Shown: positions 25,319-32,000 of the stretch, in pieces | Position numbering within the stretch: position 1 is the first letter of the stretch | How the letters are laid out: every line of letters begins with the position of its first letter | Assembly: GCA_963705375.1 (NCBI GenBank) | Contig: OY970071.1 | Span: 810,001-842,000 of the forward strand | DNA from: Candidatus Saccharimonadota bacterium | Lineage (GTDB): Archaea > Micrarchaeota > Micrarchaeia > Micrarchaeales > Micrarchaeaceae | Direction of reading: 5' to 3' | DNA length: 32,000 nucleotides | Made by a program: the position numbers and the translations under genes | The notes under the pieces: generated by a model | What the model saw: only the letters and a program-made list of their open reading frames with translations | What the model was told of the DNA's origin: nothing | Database searches by the model: none

Positions 25319-28068
25319 CGCTCGCCGTGCTTTGACATGAACTCCATGTAGCTGTCCAGCGCTTCTTCAGGCGCGCTTGGTCTTACCGATGCAATTATTG
25401 CTTCAAGATCTGGTGTGCCTATCTTGAACTCCTCGCCGGACTTTACACTCTCCTCGAGTGCCTTTATCTTCATCTCTCTGCAGACGTTAGCTATGTCTGC
25501 GCCCGTGAATCCGTTCGTTTCGTCACCGAGCTTCTTGAAGTCTATATCGCTTCTTAGAGGCACCTTCTTGAGGTATGCCTTGAACATCTGTGCGCGCTCG
25601 TCTGTATTGGGTGGCCTCACAAAACTGATCTTGTCAAACCTGCCTGGACGTAGTATTGCAGGATCCAGTTTTTCTGGCCTGTTTGTCGCAGCTATCACGA
25701 GAACCCCGCTAAGTTTCTTGATACCGTCCATCTCCTCGAGCAGCGCACCTGTGACCTGGGAGCTCATCTCGCCCCCTACCTCTCTCTTAGGTATTACTGT
25801 ATCTAGCTCGTCTATGAATACTATTGAAGGTATGTTTTCCCGGGCTCTGTTGAATATCTCCCTGAGCACCTCGACTGCATTCTCTGAGCTTTTTTCTGAG
25901 AGATCGGCCCCGTTTATCTCTAGCATCGTAACTCCTTTCATTTCATTGGCTATCGCTCTCATCATCATTGTCTTTCCGGTTCCTGGTGGGCCGAACAGAA
26001 GTATGCCGTTTATGATCTTTATGTCATACTTCTTGATCAGCTCCGGATGCATGATGGGTATTTCTATCGCTTCGGCAACAGCTTTCTTCACATCGTCTAG
26101 GCCTATGACGTCGCTTGTGCTCGTTTTTTCCGTCTTCTCGACATTGCCCTCTTCGAAAAGTCTCCGCTCAAAGTCTATCTTGAACTTGTTATAGCTTTCG
26201 AGCTGCGCAAGAGAAGTTGATGGTTTCATGGACTTTATGACGCCTAGTATGTCATCTTGGGATATCTCCAGCACTTTGTGCTGCTCTGTTGCTTCAAGCG
26301 AAATCACCTGCGAAGCACCTTCGCATATGCCCTTTATGTCTGCTCCGGAATAGCGCTCGGTTTTTTCTGCAAGTTCGTCTATGTTCACAGAGTCTCCAAG
26401 CGGCAAGCCCTTGAGGTACATCTGGAATATCTTCTTCCTGCCGTTGAAGTCAGGCAGAGGGATGTATATTATCTTGTCAAGCCTTCCGGGCCTCATCAGC
26501 GCGTGATCGAGCACCTGTGGCATGTTTGTCGCCCCCACCACTATCACTCCTGTTGAGCTTTGGAATCCGTCTATTTCCATGAGCAATTGCGTTAGTGCCT
26601 GTTTGTGTACCTCATCAACCTCTGCCGAGTCCCTGCTCTTTGCTATTGAGTCTATCTCATCAAAGAAGAGCACACTGGGTGCATTCTTCTTTGCTATGGT
26701 AAAAACGTTGGATATGAGGTGCTCAGTTTCCCCTGAGAATGCGGATACGAGGTTCGAGGTCTTGACCAGGAAGAATCCGGCATGCACCTCATTGGCAAGT
26801 GCGCGCATCATCATAGTCTTGCCTGTTCCTGGAGGTCCGAAGAGAAGTATGCCCTTTGCCGGTGTTATCTTGTACGCCCTTGCAATGCCACGTTCTTCCA
26901 GCGGTGTTATTATCGCATCGCGAATCTCCCTCTTTGTCGCCTCATAATTGCCTATGCTTGCGAAAGTCTGTGTCACGTCGCTGGAATGCAAGTCTTCGAA
27001 CGCCTCTCCGAATTTCATTCTTATGTCTTGCTTGCGGACATCCAGTGCCTTCACTATGTTGACTTCATAAAATTCCAACAGGTATATTATTGAGATCGCG
27101 ATAGCGAAGCTAGTGAGGGGCAGTATGTATGTTATGCTTGTATTGAACATTATTCCAACTAAGAAGTACAGCAACGGGTATCCTACCCCCAGCAAAGCCG
27201 CCTTTGTACCTTTGTACCGTGACCTGCTGTTCACCGCAAACCATTCAACGGCGACTACTATGCCCATGAGCCCGAGAGTCTGGATAACATACTGCAGCGG
27301 ATGGGTTCCAAGGGAAACGATTAGCAGCCCCAGTGTTGCAGACACACCTGCCATCACCGGTCCGCTAGTGAAATTTGCGAATGCACTGCCCATTCCGCCT
27401 ATGAACTGCGTGATCGTCAAGCCGTGCTTTATTGGTGAAAGGTATTGAATCAGTCCTGTGCTCACGACATTCTGATGTGCAAGCGAGGCATTGTAAAGCA
27501 CATATGCAGTGTTCTGCACGCCTGTGGTTCCAGAGAACATCACAATGACAAGCACCGTCGCCACTGCAAGCGCAACGCCGCGCTTATAGCCAACCACAAG
27601 TATCGCTATGAGAAGTGCCGGGATATCAAATACTAGCCCTAAAGGAGAGAATGCAAGTGCTACGATAAGGAAAGCGAATCCGATCGTCCTGAAATGCATG
27701 TATCCGAGTATTAGGCACAAGCTTATGACAAGAAGGAAAGCCCATGCCAATGATGGGGCCTGATATATTACTGCAGGCATCGTCACGAACATCAGCACCA
27801 CAAGGCCGAGAAGCGGATGGCGTATTGTGGCTACGAACAGCAGCAGCATTATTATTACAATTATGATCAGCGGATATGACGGCAGTGCTGCAACCACTGC
27901 TACAAAGGCCAACAGCATTAAAACGGCGTCAAAAAAATTTTGGTTTGATGTCAGGCGTACCTGCCAGTCTTTCAGCTTGTACATTGTCAGAGGGGTCTTA
28001 GACTGCCTTTTTATGATTTCGCTTGCGACTTGGTTTGGTGCCTTTGAACCCGGTTTCTTCTCTGCCAT
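25315..28068 (-). CDS. membrane-anchored tandem AAA+ ATPase (Cdc48-like D1-D2 cassette behind a polytopic N-terminal membrane domain)
   Basis: Residues ~45-345 contain about 10 hydrophobic helices. They are followed by two complete AAA modules, each with Walker A GPPGTGKT, Walker B (LFFDEID / VFIDELD), the second region of homology, and an Arg finger (RPGRLD / RPGRFD). There is no HEXXH protease motif. The ATG at 28068 is the likely start; the listed TTG at 28074 is 2 codons upstream. Confidence 0.85.
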   Translation of the reverse strand: MAEKKPGSKAPNQVASEIIKRQSKTPLTMYKLKDWQVRLTSNQNFFDAVLMLLAFVAVVAALPSYPLIIIVIIMLLLFVATIRHPLLGLVVLMFVTMPAVIYQAPSLAWAFLLVISLCLILGYMHFRTIGFAFLIVALAFSPLGLVFDIPALLIAILVVGYKRGVALAVATVLVIVMFSGTTGVQNTAYVLYNASLAHQNVVSTGLIQYLSPIKHGLTITQFIGGMGSAFANFTSGPVMAGVSATLGLLIVSLGTHPLQYVIQTLGLMGIVVAVEWFAVNSRSRYKGTKAALLGVGYPLLYFLVGIMFNTSITYILPLTSFAIAISIIYLLEFYEVNIVKALDVRKQDIRMKFGEAFEDLHSSDVTQTFASIGNYEATKREIRDAIITPLEERGIARAYKITPAKGILLFGPPGTGKTMMMRALANEVHAGFFLVKTSNLVSAFSGETEHLISNVFTIAKKNAPSVLFFDEIDSIAKSRDSAEVDEVHKQALTQLLMEIDGFQSSTGVIVVGATNMPQVLDHALMRPGRLDKIIYIPLPDFNGRKKIFQMYLKGLPLGDSVNIDELAEKTERYSGADIKGICEGASQVISLEATEQHKVLEISQDDILGVIKSMKPSTSLAQLESYNKFKIDFERRLFEEGNVEKTEKTSTSDVIGLDDVKKAVAEAIEIPIMHPELIKKYDIKIINGILLFGPPGTGKTMMMRAIANEMKGVTMLEINGADLSEKSSENAVEVLREIFNRARENIPSIVFIDELDTVIPKREVGGEMSSQVTGALLEEMDGIKKLSGVLVIAATNRPEKLDPAILRPGRFDKISFVRPPNTDERAQMFKAYLKKVPLRSDIDFKKLGDETNGFTGADIANVCREMKIKALEESVKSGEEFKIGTPDLEAIIASVRPSAPEEALDSYMEFMSKHGER

Positions 28069-28105
28069 TAACAAACCACTAACTAACTATGATTGCATCG
28101 AAACC

Positions 28106-28137
28106 TTAATATTACGCTTCGTAGAGAATATAAATAA
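28106..28137. promoter_or_regulatory. divergent promoter region with two TATA-like boxes (AAA+ gene / tRNA-Tyr)
   Basis: The near-palindromic ttaatatta (28106-28114) lies about 24-32 nt upstream of the tRNA-Tyr 5' end. The sequence aatataaataa (28127-28137) abuts the tRNA and, read on the minus strand, lies upstream of the AAA+ gene. Confidence 0.3.
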
Positions 28138-28231
28138 CCCCTCGTAGCTCAATGGCAGAGCGGGCGCCTGTAGTTTGAAAGCCACATGAGTGGATAGCGT
28201 CAGGTTGGGTGTTCGAATCACCCCGAGGGGA
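28138..28231 (+). tRNA. tRNA-Tyr: tRNA-Tyr (anticodon GTA) with 22-nt intron at 37/38 (about 28174-28195)
   Basis: Acceptor stem CCCCTCG/CGAGGGG gives the C1:G72 pair characteristic of archaeal/eukaryal tRNA-Tyr. Anticodon stem GGCGC...GCGTC, loop CT-GTA-G[intron]A. T arm GGGTG-TTCGAAT-CACCC. Confidence 0.85.
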
Positions 28232-28325
28232 TCTGTCGCTTATGTTGGTGCAAAGCGCATTCCAAACCGCACCCCTACATAAACACCAAGGCTAATAAAT
28301 ATGGTGCATAATTAAATGAAGAAAA

Positions 28326-28460
28326 GGGGTCGTAGCGTAACTTGGCTAGCGCGGCAGGCTCCAGATGTTTAAATGTTTTTGAGCGCAAGCGATGATGAGG
28401 ATCTGGAATTACGATACATGAAGTAACCTGCAAATCTGGGTTCAAATCCCAGCGACCCCA
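28326..28460 (+). tRNA. tRNA-Trp: tRNA-Trp (anticodon CCA) with 61-nt intron at 37/38 (about 28365-28425)
   Basis: Acceptor stem GGGGTCG/CGACCCC. Anticodon stem GCAGG...CCTGC, loop CT-CCA-G[intron]A. T arm CTGGG-TTCAAAT-CCCAG. A TATA-like taataaatat lies about 28 nt upstream. Confidence 0.85.
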
Positions 28461-28690
28461 AACCGTTATTCAGGATAGGGCAAGTCATGCAGATACTGTT
28501 GACATGCCGTTTTGTATTGCGCATATGCCTATCTAGCGTCGGAGCCACGTAATGGTCACGCATATATTTCTCTCACACCCGTGAAAATATTGTAGTATGT
28601 CTACACCTTATCCTGTTCTTGAACAACGTGCCGGCACCGGCAGAATCACAAAATTAATAAGTATGTCTCACTATAGAGTTTTGTGAATCT

Positions 28691-29653
28691 ATGGAATTAG
28701 GGGATATGCAGGCACAACCTGCCAGTGAAGTACAGACTATTTCTGAAACTTCATCGACGCCACCGTCCGGAAATACAGAATCTTCCCATTCAAAGCAGAC
28801 TGCACCTGAAAGAATCAAGTTTACCTACGTAGCGGGCGGCATACTCGTATTGCTTGTCATATTAGGCGCGGGTTATTTTGCTTTTGGCACAAGGCACTCC
28901 GTTAACATAGTAAATACGAGCTCCAACAACACAAAACACCACACTACTTCCATCTCTCAGCACATCACAACATCTATTTCATCAACTAATGCCAGTCAAA
29001 ATACTAGCGAGAGTGCACCTGCATACATTGTGAGCAAAAATGAAGCGACTAGTCTACTTGGTCCAGGTGGAAAGTATACGTATTTTTCAAATTCGAACCG
29101 AGGAAGCTCGTCTGGAAATGTAACAAGTTCTTGGACCATGACCTACTCTATATCTACCAACTCAACAATCTCTTCAAGCACATCAACCACCTCAACAATC
29201 CCTTCAGGTCCAATGATCAACTCAACAACCTCTTCAGGTACATCTACCAATTCAACAAACTCGTCAGGCACATCTACCAATTCAACAACTCCTACAGGTC
29301 CAACAACCAACTTATTAACCTCTACGTGCCCACTTACAAACCCAAGCAATACTTCCACATCAATAAATCAACTCAATACTTGTCCCTTCGACGGCCAATC
29401 TATATTGGAAGTTGCATATCAAAATTCCAGCGCCGAGTCTTTTTATGATGGAGGCGTACTGACTCTATCAGATTACCCAGGTGCTATTTTAAATGAAACA
29501 ATAGGTGCCTTTACCTATTCGTACGTGCAATCGCAAAAGTATAACGAAAGCATACTAATAGGTTATGAAGGCAACGAAATAATTTACGTGATCTCGCCAT
29601 ACGGGCTAAATCAGACCGAACTTGCTAAAGTAATAGCTTCGGGCCTTCCGTGA
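28691..29653 (+). CDS. single-pass membrane protein with Ser/Thr/Asn-rich repeat ectodomain (probable N-glycoprotein)
   Basis: An N-terminal polar region is followed by one TM helix (FTYVAGGILVLLVILGAGYFAF). Next comes a long low-complexity S/T/N region with many N-x-S/T sequons, then a C-terminal globular domain. A TATA-like aaaattaataag lies about 30-35 nt upstream. Confidence 0.65.
   Translation: MELGDMQAQPASEVQTISETSSTPPSGNTESSHSKQTAPERIKFTYVAGGILVLLVILGAGYFAFGTRHSVNIVNTSSNNTKHHTTSISQHITTSISSTNASQNTSESAPAYIVSKNEATSLLGPGGKYTYFSNSNRGSSSGNVTSSWTMTYSISTNSTISSSTSTTSTIPSGPMINSTTSSGTSTNSTNSSGTSTNSTTPTGPTTNLLTSTCPLTNPSNTSTSINQLNTCPFDGQSILEVAYQNSSAESFYDGGVLTLSDYPGAILNETIGAFTYSYVQSQKYNESILIGYEGNEIIYVISPYGLNQTELAKVIASGLP
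29158..29307 (+). repeat. five imperfect tandem 30-nt (10-codon) repeats inside the S/T/N-rich gene
   Basis: The units begin at 29158, 29188, 29218, 29248 and 29278. The consensus is roughly caaYtcaacaaNctcttcaggNacatctac, encoding (T/I)NST(T/N)SSGTS-like decapeptides. A degenerate sixth unit follows. Confidence 0.8.
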
Positions 29654-29689
29654 ACAGCGAAACACTTTGTCTGAGTATCTTAGTTATGG

Positions 29690-29992
29690 GTGTCTCAACA
29701 ATATGTTGATGTTTTTCATAGTGATGCAATGCCCCATAAAAGCGCTCAGGAAATAGAGAAGGCACTTGAAGAAGCCAAGTCTAAAGTGGTGTTGGGTGGT
29801 GTATACTCCCACTACAAGAATCCCGAGCACCACGTAAGGGTAGTGGAATTCGGCATTCAGGAAGCGACAGATAAGGTGTGCGTCATATACCAAGACACAA
29901 AGAACGAAAAGCTCGTGTTCGTGAGGGACTTGGATGTCTGGCTGGAGAACCCTATAAAAGACACCCTGCGCTTCAGGCTCATCTCCAAATAA
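29690..29992 (+). CDS. DUF1653 family protein
   Basis: GGVYSHYKNPEHHVRVVEFGIQEATDKVCVIYQD...LVFVRDLDVWLENP...RFRLI follows the DUF1653 pattern (G-x-Y-x-H-Y-K...Y.V......E....VVY.......WVRP...F......RF). Start is GTG at 29690 or ATG at 29729. Confidence 0.6.
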   Translation: MSQQYVDVFHSDAMPHKSAQEIEKALEEAKSKVVLGGVYSHYKNPEHHVRVVEFGIQEATDKVCVIYQDTKNEKLVFVRDLDVWLENPIKDTLRFRLISK

Positions 29993-30040
29993 TTCCACAC
30001 ACGGTTTATATATCTGCACTGCTCTGATAAAACGACCGAT

Positions 30041-30430
30041 ATGACTCCTCTCGAAATACTTGCTTTGTTTGTTGCAGTGCTAAGTGTTTTTGACGCTTTT
30101 ACTGGTCTGGTGATGCCGCAAAAATGGTGGCAATGGTGGCCCGATTCGATTGAAAAGGCCCTCAAAAGCAAATCACGATGGGCTATTCCAGTTTTTATCC
30201 TGCTATTTGCACTGGTATTCGGATATTTTGTAGTACAACAGGTTTCTATACTTGCAATAGTGTCTGGCATTTTCATAGGAGCGCTTCTTTCAAAGATGTC
30301 TATGACTGCTAGGGACCCAAAAGAGATACTCCCTATTCTGAAAGATATGTCGAAGAATATAGACTGGCTAACTGTTGCGATAGACTTGGCACTTGCATTG
30401 ATCGTGTTCGCCGCAGTGTTTCTTAGATGA
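30041..30430 (+). CDS. hypothetical membrane protein (129 aa, about 4 TM helices)
   Basis: Four hydrophobic segments. A TATA-like tttatatatc lies about 30 nt upstream of the ATG, so the transcript may be leaderless. Confidence 0.55.
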   Translation: MTPLEILALFVAVLSVFDAFTGLVMPQKWWQWWPDSIEKALKSKSRWAIPVFILLFALVFGYFVVQQVSILAIVSGIFIGALLSKMSMTARDPKEILPILKDMSKNIDWLTVAIDLALALIVFAAVFLR

Positions 30431-30513
30431 CTTCATAGTTTTTCATGAGCTTGTAGGCAATTTTAACAGGCGAACGTGTAGAGTGCTGTGCAGAAAACCC
30501 AATAGGTGCGTGC

Positions 30514-31209
30514 ATGCGTTTAGTGATAAAGGAAGATTACCGTAGGATGACAGACGCGGCTTTAGAGACATTTCTAGAATTCCTTTCCGAATCCAGGGTG
30601 TTGTGCTTTGCCACAGGGAACACGCCCGTTCTCTTGTATGGAAAGTTGTCTGCCCTTTGCAAGGCCGGAGACATATCGTTTAAAGACAAGATATCTTTCA
30701 ACTTGGACGAATACTGTGGTCTGGATCCGAAAGATGAGCGTAGCTACAGGTATTACATGAACCTGCACCTGTTCTCCAGCACAGACATAAAAGCAGAGAA
30801 TATACATTTTCCAGATGTGTCTTTGCCAGAGAATGACGCTGCGGCAAAATATTCGAAGGAGCTCGGGATGCTGGGGCCTGTGGATCTGCAGATACTCGGC
30901 ATAGGCAAGAACGGCCACATAGGGTTCAACGAACCGGGCTCTGGCATAGACTCTCAGACACGTGCTGTCGAACTAGCAAGCGAAACAATAAATAGAAACA
31001 AGGCGCCAGCAAGGAAGGCGATAACGATGGGCATAAAGGAGATACTCGCGGCAAAAACCGTAATTCTCATGGCATCCGGTGAGGACAAGAGCGAAGCATT
31101 ATTCGAGACTATCAGAGAGCCGCCAAGCTCTTCTACTCCTGCATCATTTCTTCAGTATCATAAAAATACATATATTTTTGCTGACAAAGCAGCCGCAAGC
31201 AGTCTTTAG
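30514..31209 (+). CDS. nagB: glucosamine-6-phosphate deaminase / 6-phosphogluconolactonase family protein (NagB-like)
   Basis: Motifs: FATGNTP, FNLDEY, and the signature ILGIGKNGHIGFNEPGS. GGTG lies 7 nt before the ATG. Confidence 0.8.
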   Translation: MRLVIKEDYRRMTDAALETFLEFLSESRVLCFATGNTPVLLYGKLSALCKAGDISFKDKISFNLDEYCGLDPKDERSYRYYMNLHLFSSTDIKAENIHFPDVSLPENDAAAKYSKELGMLGPVDLQILGIGKNGHIGFNEPGSGIDSQTRAVELASETINRNKAPARKAITMGIKEILAAKTVILMASGEDKSEALFETIREPPSSSTPASFLQYHKNTYIFADKAAASSL

Positions 31210-31242
31210 GACAAACCAAACGCAAGTATCTGGTGCTGCCTT

Positions 31243-32000
31243 ATGGCCGAAAATGACAAAAACAAGGTAAGTGTCTTAGTGGCCGCGGCAGTCGGTCTTG
31301 GCGCAATAATAGGCGCGGGAATATTTGTGCTCAGCGGCGCTGCTATAGCACTTGCAGGTGCTGACGCGCTACTGGCCTTTATACTGGTCGGAGCGGTTGC
31401 AATCATAATCGCGCTTGAGCTTTGTGAGCTCGGCTCGCTCATGCCCCATCTGAAAGGCGCGTCGTATTCCTATACTTATAAGGCATTCGGTAGTGAGTGG
31501 GGCTTCATAGCTGGCGGGCTCAGGTACATGGCCCTTGCCGTATCGATATCTGCAATAGCTTTGGGATTTGGATCGTACCTGTCAAATATAGTCTTCGGCA
31601 GTTCTGCAGGCACGTATCCTATACTGTTCGCAATAGCGCTGATACTCTTATTGTCTTTTGTGAACATGCTTGGTGTAAAGAAAACGGCACAAACAGACTT
31701 CGGCCTTGTATCCGTAAAAATAGCCATACTGCTCCTGTTCTTCGTATTTGCAGTGTTAGTGGTGCTCTCAAAACCCAGCATGGTGCCTGTTTTGTCATTT
31801 AATATGTCTGGAAGTGCTTTGGGAAGCATATTCGCCGCAAGCGTGGCTGTGTTCTTTGCTTACTCTGGTTACCAGTCTGTATCGTCGATAGCCGACAAGA
31901 TCAAAGGCGGCACAAAAGGCTATGTTACTGCCATACTCTCTGCAGTTGTCATAAGCATGGTCGTGTATGTGCTGGTGATCCTGGCCATACTGCTGCTCGT
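31243..32000 (+). CDS. APC-superfamily amino acid permease, 3'-truncated by window edge
   Basis: Not in the ORF track because no stop is reached. My hand translation from the ATG at 31243 gives MAENDKNKVSVLVAAAVGLGAIIGAGIFVLSGAAIALAGADALLAFILVGAVAII...FFAYSGYQSV. It contains the APC signature GxG-IF-xxSG and successive TM helices. The two listed minus-strand ORFs here are antisense artefacts. Confidence 0.8.
   Translation, partial: MAENDKNKVSVLVAAAVGLGAIIGAGIFVLSGAAIALAGADALLAFILVGAVAIIIALELCELGSLMPHLKGASYSYTYKAFGSEWGFIAGGLRYMALAVSISAIALGFGSYLSNIVFGSSAGTYPILFAIALILLLSFVNMLGVKKTAQTDFGLVSVKIAILLLFFVFAVLVVLSKPSMVPVLSFNMSGSALGSIFAASVAVFFAYSGYQSVSSIADKIKGGTKGYVTAILSAVVISMVVYVLVILAILLL

Noticed and set aside
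1-32000. Searched by eye for CRISPR repeats, transposase or integrase genes, rRNA, RNase P RNA and SRP RNA motifs.
   Set aside because: No regularly spaced direct repeats were found. No DDE or tyrosine-recombinase motifs were found. None of the conserved RNA blocks I remember were found (for example GAGGAAAGUCC for RNase P RNA, or AGGCCCGGAAGGGAGCA for SRP RNA).

Overview
This is an archaeal chromosomal window. Evidence: a family-D DNA polymerase operon, EndoQ, GatB, a class III (type IV pilin-like) signal peptide, a tRNA-Tyr with C1:G72, and tRNA introns at position 37/38. It is densely packed, mostly with housekeeping genes, and many genes start with GTG or TTG, abut, or overlap. The gene content and the signs of gene decay would suit a small-genome lineage such as DPANN/Micrarchaeota or Thermoplasmata, but I cannot establish taxonomy from the sequence alone.

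Contents, left to right:
- gatB (5'-truncated by the window edge), followed directly by tRNA-Asn and tRNA-Asp.
- Two small orphan genes.
- A tightly coupled UPF0147-DP1-DP2 (PolD) operon.
- A P-loop kinase and a PolX-PHP polymerase.
- A transglutaminase-like protein lacking the catalytic Cys, and a pilin-like protein.
- pyrG.
- A hypothetical gene and a HerA/FtsK-like ATPase carrying a C-terminal PD-(D/E)xK-like module.
- An intron-containing tRNA-Ser.
- A HemK/Mtq2-like methyltransferase, a small hypothetical gene, and apt.
- EndoQ abutting an endonuclease III gene, with a second endonuclease III transcribed divergently.
- A Dph6-like PP-loop ATPase and tRNA-Val.
- A purC-purE fusion interrupted by two +1 frameshifts, then purB.
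- A double-OB protein.
- A tandem AAA+ ATPase with a polytopic membrane domain in place of the usual Cdc48 N-domain.
- Intron-containing tRNA-Tyr and tRNA-Trp.
- A Ser/Thr/Asn-rich repeat membrane protein, a DUF1653 protein, a 4-TM protein, nagB, and a 3'-truncated APC permease.

I saw no CRISPR array, transposase, integrase or rRNA.

Most notable observations:
- The decaying PAICS-like purC-purE fusion.
- The membrane-anchored double AAA+ protein.
- The ATPase-nuclease fusion gene pair.
- Box C/D-like (K-turn) elements inside the tRNA-Trp and tRNA-Ser introns, whose guide-like complementarity points at wobble position 34.

All coordinates derived by hand (tRNAs, motifs) may be off by 1-2 nt.
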